A stretch of 64,000 nt of DNA from Felis catus (taxonomy: Eukaryota), in assembly GCF_018350175.1 (NCBI RefSeq), contig NC_058368.1, positions 88,972,001 to 89,036,000 of the forward strand, written 5' to 3'. Below, piece by piece: positions 13,501 to 25,794 of this stretch. A program made the translations under genes and the position numbers. Below the pieces are notes generated by a model that was not told where the DNA came from, did no database searches, and saw only the letters and a program-made list of their open reading frames with translations. The first letter of the stretch is position 1, and each line of letters begins with the position of its first letter.

Positions 13501-14814
13501 GGCATTGTATTGCTCTTTTTTTCAAACTAGATTCTACCTGGGAGCCATTCAGAGCAAGGTCTCAGAAGAATGTACCCTGTTTACACTTGAACTTTCTAGG
13601 ATCCATGGGTCTGTGTCAGGTATACAGCCCAGGTCCCAACATTGGTGTGGAGTTCCCAGTCAGTTCTTGAGCCAGTTGACAGCTCTCAGTGTCTGGTATC
13701 CCAAAGGAAAGAAGGACCCTCTGTCTCTGGGGGTGTGGTGCTAGAGTCATTGCAGGGATGTGTAGCCTGCTGGCATCCCTCCCCTGGCTGACAGAGGTGC
13801 CTTCATCCTGCAGAGTAGATGGTTCATGCATGTCCACTCTGCTCCAGGCCCTGGATAGTGCTCGAAGGGACTTTGAAGTGAATATTGGACCCAGGCCAGC
13901 TTCTCACCACTTGACCATCTGCTAGGAGCTCCAAACCACCACCGCTTTATCACTTCCACCTGTCCTCTAATGGGAAATGGCAAGAAACTGACCCAAACCC
14001 AGGGCTTTCCCTCTTTTTCTTAAGGACGAATGCAGACCCTTTGCAGGCAGGGCTCCCGGGTGTAGCCCGTAAAGGGCTCCCTTCACCAAAGTCCACATGT
14101 CCTGCTTATTTCTGAGAGAGCCAGCTTGCCAGGAGATGGCATTGGTCACTTCATTCTCTACATGATCCCATTCTCATTCCTAGTGAGGAACTCTGGCCAT
14201 CCATGGATCCATATTCACCCTTTTGCTCTATTTTCACACTCAGTCCTCTCTGAGGTCCATTCCATGTAGTCTCTCAGAGGAATATCATTGGTGTTCAGCT
14301 GGACACCCTCGTTTCACCCGTGTGACTGTGTGATAGGTTTGGCCACAGGACCCTGGTAAGTTGATGTCATAACCATGAAGGCATTCAGAGGCCTAGGGCA
14401 TTGGAAGGGCCCAGGTTAGGTCATTTTCATGCAGGCTGGGCCAGAGGACTGGGAAGGGAGCAAGACCCCTTTCTTTGCTGAGAGGACATGAAGTGACACA
14501 GCCCCTTTCTAAATTGTTCCCATTCCCATTGGATATTTGGAACTTTGGCCCTCCTTATGGACACTCCATTCCCATGGCTCTTTATTTCCCTGTTTAGACT
14601 TAGGACCCATAGAGCTGTCACTCACTCAACCCGTGCCCAGGGATAGATTTTCACACCAGCCTGTGCATGTTGGAGGTGCATCCCAAGCAAGGCAGCACAA
14701 CCACTACTAATGACAACACTGTACTTCGTCTTGGATTGACCTTCCATCTGGGACACAGATGGGACCACGGGTATCGTTACTGGGAGCATGTCACCAACCA
14801 GTGAGATTTCTGGG

Positions 14815-15357
14815 TTAGGTGCAAAGACATGAACAGCCCTGTGCATCAAGGCAGTGCCATAGTAGCCTCAGTGGCCCAGCAAAACCACCAGTGGTCATGG
14901 TGTGGCAACCATGGCATTGGGCTGTGCAGTGCTGTCCTCCTTCAGCATAGTCAACGGTAGCAAAAGTGATAGTTCTGGTGGGCAGGACTAGGCCCAACAC
15001 AGCTCCAAGGACCGTGGCAGAAGGCAGGGACTGCCACATAGGGTGGAATCCACTAGAGCCGCTCCTGATGTTTGCCTCCTTACCAGTTCACTTCTTCCAG
15101 CCCATGTTTGGAAGATTAAAGTGCTCTCACATGGGTGCCCTCACATGAAATGGATAAGCATGTTATGATGTGGTGAAGAAAGCCAGGGATAACCTATATG
15201 GAGGGTGATCTGAGTCAAGACGCTGGCCAGTGTGCGATATGCCTGGAAGAAATGCAGAGGGTGGTACTAGAGCAGGCTTGCCTTGTCTACTCATATATCA
15301 CTGGGGTTGCATGGGTTTGAAATAAGTACTTCTTGCCCTGAGCTTCATTCAAATAAT
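14815..15357 (+). pseudogene. ZNRF2: Processed pseudogene of the RING-H2 E3 ligase ZNRF2
   Basis: Manual translation across frameshifts gives GAK..., FSIVNGS, GRDCHIGWNPLEPLLMFASLPVHFFQPMFGRLKC, PSHEMDKHVMMW*RKPGITYMEGDLSQDAGQCAICLEEMQ, GGTRAGLPCLLIYHWGC, FEISTSCPE. These are colinear with ZNRF2 as recalled (GRDRPVGGSPGGPRLVIGSLPAHLSPHMFGGFKC...KPRITYNEDVLSKDAGECAICLEELQQGDTIARLPCLCIYHKGC...FEVNRSCPE). No introns; stops and frameshifts present. Confidence 0.88.
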
Positions 15358-15419
15358 GTAACCAAATCCCATTTTATAGGTATTCTTGTCTTTTCAAGAT
15401 GCTTCAACCCCGAGAGGCT

Positions 15420-18400
15420 CTGAGGATCTTCCTAGCCAAATAAATCCAAAACCACAGGCCTGTTTGGCCAGAAATCCGAGTTCTGTGAGACTCATGCAGA
15501 GATGAACCATCACCCAGGGAAAAGGATGCTGCTGAAGAGCCAGGGGCCCTTAGGCCAAACATCTGCCACAGTCACAATGACTGGACCAGAATCCCAGGTC
15601 AGGGCCCAGGATACGACACTAAGAATTAAAATAGTGCAAAGAGGTGACAATGGATAGAGGGAGGGCCAGAGTTCTGTATCAGGGATAATGAAGTGATGTG
15701 ACTGACACCATCTTCCCCAGCTTGCTGACTGACTCAGGATGGAGAAACACCTGTGGGCTTTGGCAAATGGTGGCATCCACAAGTTTCACCTGCAGGCGTC
15801 ATCAGCAAGAAGCCTGCCCAGATCCTTCCTTCAGGATCAGAGGGAAGATTGGCTCTGGGTATGTGTCCTGCCCTTGCCATCCGTGCATAGTGGTAGCAGT
15901 GATACAGCTGTAGGAGGGCTGTGCTGTCCAGCGATGGAAGTGTTTGGAAGCATGTCTTGTTGCAGGATTCCATGCAAAGGTGCTTTCTGTGCTGAGCAGA
16001 TCCTGGGCTATCCTGCCCACATGAAAAGCTGCTGTTCTTCAAAAGGAAGGGATCTCTATTAGTGAGGGGAGGGAGGCCAACTGGATACCCATGCTCATGC
16101 ATACACTATCCAGCTAAGCAACACCATGTGCTCAGGGAGAGAAGGGCCAGGTTTCCTCTGGGATAATGGACCCATATACCTTCAATTTCCTCAGGAACTC
16201 ACTGAGAAAGTGGCACCATTCGTACAGCCATGGCTCCCAGAACATGAACAGAGACCTAGCTAGGAAAGCAGCCTTGGGATGTGCATGAGTACAACAGTGC
16301 CAAGTTCTACATCTCCAAAGGGCTGGCATCCACTGACGAAAAAGATATCTTTCTTCATCAGCTCTGGATCCAGACAGGAGGCCAACTTGATTGCTAAAGC
16401 TTCTGGCTTAGCCTACCCACAAGCATGTTCCACTGGGCACCTCCAGATTCTCTAGGCCTGATGGTGTCCACAAATTCTGAAACCCAACCACAGGATGCCT
16501 GTGGCCAAACCTATTGCACACTCACCAGCATTGCACCAGACTCCCAGCGTAAAAGGAAAGTACATGACTCTGAGACAATGGCTCTGAAACAATTCCAGGG
16601 AGACTCTTGTTTCCAAAGAAAGGAAATTGTTTACTATACTATAGAAGACTACTAAACAACAAAAGCTCAGGGACATGAGAATCAATTGTCCTCTGGGACA
16701 TCAGACACTCAGAACCCTCCACTGGCTCTGGAACTGACTGGAAATTCACTTACAATCCTTGTAACTCAGTTGTGTATGGGAGAGTCACTTGGTCCCAGTG
16801 TGTGAAGTGAGACCAAATTAGAAAATCAGCAATGGACAGGGATGACTACAAGGTGAGTCAAAGCTATCCATTCAAATGGGCACGAGGGAAATTGAGGAAA
16901 GAGACCTCTACTTTTCCTTCCTTTTGTCCCACAAAGGGGGCGGGATCCACTACTAACCTCTGGCTTACCCTACCCACAAGCATTCTCCCTAGGTGCCTTC
17001 ACACACCTTAGGTTTGGGGAAGGCCATATCATTCTGAAACCAAATTAAGAAGGACCCAATGGAATACCTCTGTTACCATCACAAGGACACCATGAACCCC
17101 ACAAACTGAAAGAAGAGGATATTACTCTAAGACTCTGTTTGGAATAGTCTCCATGCAAACCCTCTTTCATCAAAGGGCTAAGGGGTGACAGTGGAGACAC
17201 TGCCAGAGTTGTTCATCATGCATGAGATTGGAGAATGTTGAGAATGAAGTACCCAGCATAGTCTCCTGTCAACTGGGTTGTATCCGGAATAAGAAAGACC
17301 TGTGGGTTTAGCCACGGGAGCCCCCTGAACTACTACACCTGAGATACCTGTCAGCAAGAAGTCTGCATTCCTGCTTTGGGATCCAGTGATTTCTGGATTG
17401 TTGTATCACTGCCACGTTTCCCATCATTTGAGGGAGGCAGCATGCTTGAGCTGTAGCTATAGGGTTCTGAGGGCTCTTGCTCAGGAATATGCAACAAGGA
17501 CTTGGTTCCCTAATTTCTGGCAAGGGCTCTTCCAGTGCTGACTCCCTCCTCCTCATTTATACCATCCATGTGTAAACCATTTGCTTCTCAGAACAGAGGC
17601 AAGTCAATCATCAGGTCAGTGGGGCAAGCTGGCTCCCCTTCACCTACCATAGCACAAGCCAAGCACCAAGCACCTAGGGACTAAAGACGTTCTTTTCTTT
17701 GGTAGAGCAGAGGCTGATAGCTCTCTCTGAGCACAGGAGCAGAGTGATAGTTTGCAGCCAACCCAGGGATGCCAGCTGAGTGAGTGATGGCCCCATGGCC
17801 AGAACAGGTGAAAAATAATAAATTGTCAGAAATACAGCAAGGGGGAGGAACTGGGTGCCAGATAGGTCCAACCTCGACATTTCAGAAGAGGTTTTGCTTC
17901 ATTTGCCCTTGACCCAAAAAGAAGCCAGCTCCCTCCCAAATCTCTGGCCCAGTCTACACACAAAACATTCTCTGCAGGTCCACTTCAAATGCCTTGGGCC
18001 TCTGAATGACCACATACTTTTGAAACGCAGTGAATTAATGAAGATGGAGCCCTGTGGCAAAACCTCTCCCCCAGTCACAAGTACCGGACCACAATCCGAG
18101 GAAGAAGGCAGAGGATAGGACTCTTGAGACACTGACTCAGAAGTGACCATGAGAAGAACCTTGTTTCTACAAGACAGCAAAGATGTGTCAAGGTGGATAA
18201 GAGGGCCAGAGTTCTGCAGACCTTAGATGGGGAATTCTATGGAGAAGGGAGTGCCCAGCACCAGCTCCTGGAAATCTGGTCCTAAGAAGAAGAAACACCA
18301 GAGGGCTTAGGCAAAGGTGCCCTCTAGTGTCTCTATCTGGGAGCGCTGTCAGCTACAGGCCTGCCTTCTTCTGTCAGAAGGACCTAGAGAGACCTGGGAC

Positions 18401-21400
18401 CTGGTCTGCTTTTCTTGCTTTTCCTATCATTGGATGGAATAGGCAGTGAAAGTGCTGTACCTGGGAGATTCCCGCATCTGTGGCCCCAAAGTGTGAAGAG
18501 GGGCATTGGTGCCCTCTTCCTGTGAGGGCTTTTTATGTGCTTACCAGCTTTTGGAGCCTACAGCTCCTTTGTGGATGTGTCTGCTATTCAGAAGGAAAAC
18601 ACCTCAATCAGGCAGACCAAGGAGGCAATCTGGCTCCACTCCCCCAACCCCCGACCCCTTGCAACAAATGGCCAAGCGCCAAGCTCAGGTGTAGGTGGGC
18701 TATTCTGCTTTGGGATATCCTAAGCTCATAGTTGTTACTGAGCATGGGACCCAGTGGGAAGCCAACGCCCATCCCTGGGTACCTGCTGAGTTAGTATCAG
18801 CTCCATGGCTCCTAAGGTTGAATGAAGAGGCAGTCAGAAATATAGGAATGGCTTCATCCAGGACCAAAGGGCATTCGATATTTCCATTCAATGGGAAAGC
18901 GATCAGTGTGGAATGGACATGCTTATCTTCACTTCCCCTAGGCTCAGCAAGGAGGCCAGCTCCCTCTAATACATCTGACCCATCCTCCACACAAACAGTC
19001 CTCCCCACAAACAGTCCTTGGCTGGACCCCTTCTGATGCCCAGGGCTCTGGATGTCCATGTAGTCCTAAAACCAAAAGGCCTAGGCTCCTTCGGTGCCAC
19101 CTGTCCCACAGTCATAAGGGCTGGTACCTATGGGACATCTGCAAGCTGGAGATAGTACTCTGAAAGACTGAATTTGTATGGACCCCAAGGCGAACCCTGA
19201 TGGATGATAAAGCAATGTCATGAAACTGGAAACAATGAGGGCCAGAGTTCTTCATGTTTGGAAGAAGCTGACTGGCACAATTATTCAGAAGCTGGCTTGC
19301 TCAGGACTCACAAGAGCCTTTTGTGGGCATTCGCTACAGGACTGCTTCAAAGGATGCTCATTGGAGGCCTGTGAACAAAAGGCCCGCCTTCTCCCTTAAG
19401 AAACAGAGGGGATCTTTGGCTTCTGGTGTGCTTTGCCCATTGTATCCGTCACAAGGGGCAACAGAGTTTCAGAGTTATGAAGAAGGTGCTTCCATGTGAC
19501 GATTAAGAGGTGGGAATGAGGCCTTGGTGCAGTGTGTATTCAAAAGGCTTTGTGTGCACTGATCAGTTCGTGGAGCATGCTGAACATGCAAAGACCATCT
19601 GTTTTGATGAATGAGAGTAGCTGCATCCATTAGGGTGGGGGAGTCCATGTGGCTACTGTAGCCGGCCCAGTGCCAAGTCCTCAAGGACAGGGGGCTAGCT
19701 GTCTTCTGGGATATCAGACTCCGGGAGCACTGCATTGGCTCAGGAAAGCCATGGAAACTCACCTCCATACCAGGGACCTTGGTTGTTGTAGGACACAGAC
19801 ACACGGTCTCCGTGAGTGAACTGAGATTGAGTTGGGAAAGCAGAAATGGGAGAGGAATGGCAATGGGGTGAGTCAAAGTTGTGTACTCAGACTGGATGGG
19901 GGACACCGAGGAGGGAGACCGACAACTTTACCTCCCCATGTCGCACACAGGAGGTGTGATCAAACCCCAACTTCTGGCTTAGCCTACCTGCAAGCATTCT
20001 CCTTGTGTACCTGCACAAACCCTGGTCTGGGGAGGGTCACATGATTCTGAAACCAAATTAGGAAGGGCCCAATGCAACATCTCTAGCAGCATCATAAAAA
20101 CACCACCAAACACCCAAGCTGAGAGATGAGAGGACTTTGAGACACTATCTCAGAATAGTTTCCATACAAACTGCCTTATATCAAAAGGGCTAAGGGTTGG
20201 TAATGGAGACACACACTGCCAGTGTTCTTCATCACACAAGAGATTTGAAGAAAGGTGAGAATGAAGTACCCAACGCAGTCTCCTATCAACCAGGTTGTAT
20301 CCAGAATAAGGAAGCCCTGTGGGCTTAGGCCAAAAGGGCCCTCTGAGGAACTACACCATGGAGCCCTGTCAGCAAGTACTTGCATTCTTTCTTCAGGAGC
20401 CAGGGATTTCTGGCTTGGTTATCCCCACCACTTTTCCCATCAGTTGAGGGAGGCCACGGCGCTTGAGCTGTAGCTATTGTGTTCTGAGGGCTCTTGCTCA
20501 GGAATCTTCAACAAGGACTTGCTTCCCTCATTCCTGGCAAGGACTCTTCCAATGATCACTGCCTCCTCCTTCATACTGCCCATGTGCAAACTGTCTGCTT
20601 CTCAGAATGGAGGCACGTCAATCATCCAGGTCAGAGAAGCAAGCTGGCTCCCCTTCACCATCCATAGCACAGCAGTCCAAGCACCTAGGGACTCAAGGCC
20701 TTCTTTCCTTAGGTAGAGCAGAGCCTGATAGCTCTCAATGAGCACAGGGGCAGAGTAGAGTTTGCAGTACCCAGGGGTGCAAACTGAGTGATTGATGGCT
20801 CCATGGCTCCTAAGGGACAAAAAAGAATAAATCGTCAGAAATTCAGCAAGGGGAAGGAAATGGGCACCAGGTAGGCCAAAGCTTGGCAATTCCAGTGGGA
20901 ATGGGGATCCACTTGGAAAGAATATGTCTTGCTTCAATTTCCCTTGGCCCAGAAGGAGGCCAGCTCCCAAATGTCTGGCCCAGCCTTCACATCAAACATC
21001 CACTGCTGAGTCCCTTAAAATGCCCTGGGCCTCTAAATGGCCACATATTTTGAACCCCAGTGAACTAATGAAGAAGGAGCCTTGTGGCAAAACGTCACCC
21101 CAGTCACAAGGACTGAACCAGACTTCCAGGTGGAAGTCAGAGAATAGAACTCTGAGACGCTGACTGTGATGGATTGTGGGAAGAAAATTGTTTCTACAAG
21201 AGAACGAAGATGTGCCAAGGTGAATAAGGAGAGCTGGAGTTCTGCAGAACTTGGATGGGGAAGTCTTTGGGGAAGGGAGTGCCCAGGACCTGCTCCTGGC
21301 AATCTGGCTCTCAGAAGAAACACCAGAGGGCTTGACAGTGGCGCCCTCTAGTGTCTCATCTGGGAGCCCTGTCAGCTACAGGCTTGCCTCCTTCCTTCAG

Positions 21401-24400
21401 AAGGAGCTAGAGAGCCCTGGGACTTTGCTTTGCTTTCTTTTCCCATCATGAAATGGAGTGGGCAATGACAGCGCTCCAGCTGGGAGCTTTTCCAGCTATG
21501 GCTCTAAAGTGTGGAAAGGGGCGTTGGTGCCCTCTTCGTGTATAGGGCTTTTGTGTGCTGACCAGCTTCTGGAGCTTACTGCTCCAGTGTGAACTGTCTG
21601 CTATTCAGAAAGAAAACACCTCAATCAGGCAGAACAATGAGGTGAGCCTGCTCCTCTCCCCCATTCCCCTTGATTCCAACAGCCAAGCACCAAGGTGAGG
21701 AGTAGGAGGCTTATTCTCCTTTGGAATATCAGATACTCATGGCTGGTACTGATCAGGGCACCCAGTTGGAACCCGACACCCATCACTGGATGCCTACTGA
21801 GTGAGTGCCAGCTCTATGGCTCCTAAGGGTGCATGAAAAGGCAGTCAGGAACAGGGGAATGGCCTCAGCCAGGACCAAAGGGTGTTCAATAATTCCACCC
21901 TATGGGAATGCAACCAGTGTGGAATGGACGAAGTTTATCTTTATTTCCCCTAGGCCCAGCAAGGAAGCCAGCTCCCAGGTAATACATCTGGCCCAGCCTC
22001 CCCAAATATAGCTCTCAGCTGGACTCCTTCTGAAGCCCTAGGGCTCTGGATGCCCATGCAGTTCTGAAACCAAAGAGGCTGGTCTCCTTTGTCTCCACCT
22101 TTCTCACTCTCATAAGAGCTTTCCCCTTTGGGCATCTGCAGACTGGAGATAGTACTCACAAAGACTAAATTTGTATGGACAAGATGAACTGTAATGGATG
22201 ATACAGCAATGTCATGAAACTGGATGCAACGAGGGCCAGAGTTCTTCATGTTTAGAAGACTTAGACTAGCACAATGTATTCACAAGCTGGCTTGCTCAGG
22301 AATCACAGGGACCTTTTGTGGGCTTTCACTACAGGAGTGCTCCAAAGGATGCTCGTTGGAGCCCTGTGAGGAAGAGGCCCACATTCTTGCTTAAGAAATA
22401 GACAGGAACTTTGTCTTCTGGTGTGCTTCTGCACATCGTATCCATGGAGAGGAGCAGCAGAGATTCTGAGGTATGAAGAAGTTGTTTCCATGTGATGATC
22501 AAGAGGTGGGAATGAGAGCTTGGTGAAGTATATATTCAAAAGGCTTTTTGTGTGTTGATCATGTCATGGAGCATGCTGGCCATGCACAGACGGTCTGTTC
22601 TTCCAAATGAGCGTAGGTCCATCCATTAGGGGCAGGGTCCATGTGACTACCCATTCCCATGATAGTGTTGCCTGCCAAGCACCAAGGGTTCAGGGACAGG
22701 GGGGCTTGGTGTCCTCTGGGATATCAGACCCTGCGAGCCCCTCATTGCCTCAGGAAGGGCTTGGAAACTCACCTGCACTGCAGGGACCTTGGTTGGTGTA
22801 GGGGACAGACACAGGGTCTCTGTATGTGAACTGAGACCAAGTTAGAAAAGCAGCAATTGGAGAGGAATGACAAGGAGAGCCAAAGCTGTGCATTCAAATT
22901 GGCATGGGGGAACAAAGGAAAGACACTACGACCTTGCCTTCCCCTTGTCCCACACAGGAGGCGAGATCCACCCACAACCTCTGTCTTAGCCTACCCACAA
23001 GGCATTCTCCCTGGGCACCTGCACACATCCTGGGTTTAGAGAGGGCCACATCATTCTGAAACCGTATTGAGAATTGCCCAATGCATCACCTCTATCACCA
23101 TCACTAGAACACTACCAAATCCCCAAGCTGAAAGAAGAGGATATTACTCTGAGACAGTGTCTCAGAATAGTTTCCATGCAAACTGTCTTTCATCAATAGC
23201 GCTCAGAGGTGGCAATGGAGACACACATTGCCAGCATTCTTCATCACACATGACTTGGAGAAACTAGAGAATGAAGTATCCAGCACAGTCTCCTATCAAC
23301 CAGGTTGTATCCAGAATGAGAAAGGCCTGTGGGCTTAGGATAAGGGAGGACGCTGAAGGATTACACCTGGGACCCTTGTCAGCAAGAAGCCAGCCTACTT
23401 TCTCAAGGAACCAGGGATTTCTGACATGGTCTATCCATGCCATTTTCCCCGTCAGTTGAGGGAGGCAGCAGTGTTTGAGCTGTAGCTATGGGGTTCTGAG
23501 GGCTCTTGCTCAGGAATCTGCAACAAGATTTGGTTCCCTAATTCCCAGCAAGGGCTCTTCCAGTGCTCACCCCTCCTCGTTATAGTGCCCATGTGTGAAC
23601 TGTGTCCTTCTCAGAATAAAGGCAACTCAGTCATCCAGGTCAGTGAGGAAAGCTGGCTCCCCTTCACCCTCTATAGCACAGTAGGCCAAGCACCAAGCCC
23701 CCAGGGACTCAAGGCATTCTTTCCTTTGGTAGATCAGAGCCTGAATGCTCTCACTGAGCACAAGAGCAGAGTGGGACATTGCAGCCCACCCAGTTGTGAC
23801 AGCTGAGTGAGTGATGGCTCCATGGCGCCTAAGGGAGAAAAAAAATACATTGTCAGACACACAACAAGGGAAAGGAAATGGATACCAGGTGGGCCAAAGC
23901 TCGTCTTTGATGGTGGGAATGGGGATCCACTTGGAAACATGGCTTTATTCCTTTGCCTCTGCCCAGAAGGAGGCCTGGTCTCTACCCAAATCTCTGGCCT
24001 AGCCTAAACACCAGACATCCTCCACTGGTACCCTTCAAATCCCTGAGCTCTGAATGGCTGCATACTTCTGAAACCCAGTGAATTAATGAAGAAGTAGCCC
24101 TATGGCAATATCTCTCCCACAGTCACAAGGACTGGATCAGACTCCCAGGTGGAAAACAGAGGATAGATTCTTGAAACACTGATTCTGAATGGATTACAGG
24201 AAGAGCCTTGTTTCCACAAGACAGCAAGCATGTGTCAAGGTGGATAAGGAGGGCCAGAGATCTTCAGAGCTTGGAAGGGGAACTCTATGGAGAAGGGAGT
24301 GCCCAGTACCAGCTTCTGTTAACCTGGCTGGCTGTGAGAAGAAGAGACAACAAAGGGCTTAGGCAAAAGTGCCCTCTAGAGTCTCCTTCTGGGAGCTCTG

Positions 24401-25790
24401 TCAGCAACAGGACTGCTTTCTGTCTTCTTAAGGACATATACTACCCTGGGACTTGGTTTGCTCTTGTTGCTTTTCCCATCATTGAATGGAAGGAACAGTG
24501 ACACTGTTGTAGCTTGGAGGTTCCCAGAGCTGTGCCTCCAGTGTGTGGGGAGGGGCATTGGTGCCTCTTCAGAACAAAGCTTTTTCTGTGCTGACCAGCT
24601 TCTGGAGCCTACTGCTCCTGAGTGAAATGTCTGCTTTCCAGAAGGAAGGCATCTCAATCAGGCAGATCAAGGAGGTGAGCTGGCTCCCCTCCCCCCTGCC
24701 CCTGGCTACAAACAGCCAAGCACCAAACTCTGGGATAGGAGGGCTATTCTCCTTTGCGATATCTGATGCTTATGGCTGGTAGTGAGCATGGGACTGAGTG
24801 GGAAGCCGACGCCTGTCCCTGAGTGCTTTCTTAGTAAATTCCAGCTGCAAGTCTCCTAAGAGTGAATGAAGAGGCAGTCAGAAAGACAGAAACAAAGGGA
24901 CAGGATATGACTGCAGCCAGAACGAAAAGGCATTCAATATTTCCATCAAATGTGAATGCAATCATGTGGAATGGAGATGTTTATCTTCATTTCCCCTAGG
25001 ACCACCAAAGAAGCCAGCTTCCTGCCAATATGTCTGGCCCAGTCTCCACACAAGCAGCTATCGACCTGACCCCTTCCAAAGCCCTTATGCTCTGGATGTC
25101 TATGTAGTCCTGAAACCAAAGGGCCAGGGACACTTTGGCTACACCAGTCCCAAAGTCACAAGGGCTGGACCGATTGGACATCTGCAGCTGGATATAGTAG
25201 TCTGAAAGACTGAGTTTTTATGGACCAGAAGACAAAACTTAATGGATGAGAAAGCAACATCATGAAAGTGGATGCACTGAGGGCCAGAGTTTTTCACGTT
25301 CAGAAGAGCCTGACCAGCACAATGAATTCATAATATGTCTTGGTTAGGAATCACAAGAACATTTGGATGTCCTTTGGAGCCCTGTGAGCAAGAAGCCCAC
25401 ATTCTCCCTTAAGAAATAGAGTGGGGTGGCGCCTGGGTGGCTCAGTCGGTTGGGTGACCAACTTAGGCTCAGGTCATGATCTCGCAGTTTGTGGGTTGGA
25501 GCCCCACATCAGGCTCTGCGCTAAATGCTTGCTCTGAGCCTGGAGCCTCCTTTGGATTCTGTGTCTCCTTCCTTCTCTGCCCCTCCCCCACTTGTGCTCT
25601 GTCTCACTCTCTCAAAAATAAAGAAGTGTACAAAAATTTTTTTAAAGGAAATAGAGGGGAAATTTGGCTTTTGGTGTCCATCATATTAGTAGAGAGGGGC
25701 AACACTGGCTGTGACATGTGAAGAACGTGCTTCTATGTGATAATCAGATTGTGGGAATTAGGCCTCAGTGTCTATTCAAAAGCATTGGAA
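15420..25790 (+). repeat. Block B: ~10 monomers of ~1.01 kb; 16.9-25.8 kb forms three ~3.01-kb higher-order units
   Basis: Monomer anchor GAGGGCCAGAGTTCT-like at ~15661, 17200, 18201, 19237, 20215, 21229, 22231, 23228, 24250, 25279. Higher-order anchor GAATGAAGTAYCCA at ~17242, 20259, 23269. Confidence 0.92.
25423..25646 (+). mobile_element. Can-SINE inserted in last monomer of block B
   Basis: SINE head and tail with target-site duplication GAAATAGAG. Confidence 0.92.
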
Positions 25791-25794
25791 AAGT

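Larger units (their letters stand above)
7850..14630 (-). repeat. Block C: ~7 strongly diverged ~1-kb monomers, same orientation as block A
   Basis: Anchor CCCATTCTCAT...GAACTCTGGCC-like at ~8180, 9085, 10070, 11497, 12480, 13474, 14187. A second anchor (CCAAAGGAAAGA...GGTGCTTG...GGTGCCTTCAT) at ~8600, 9595, 11090, 12020, 13010, 13700 matches 3707-3840. Confidence 0.8.

Noticed and set aside
14870..14930. ERVL integrase-like SGHG motif
   Set aside because: Better explained as part of the colinear ZNRF2 retrocopy; no downstream CxxC or DDE motifs.
16900..25790. Repeat units as a coding exon array (e.g. SPATA31-like) or snoRNA/miRNA cluster
   Set aside because: Stops and frameshifts differ between copies, and I found no family motif, consistent C/D box pair or conserved hairpin by eye. 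A computational check is still warranted.
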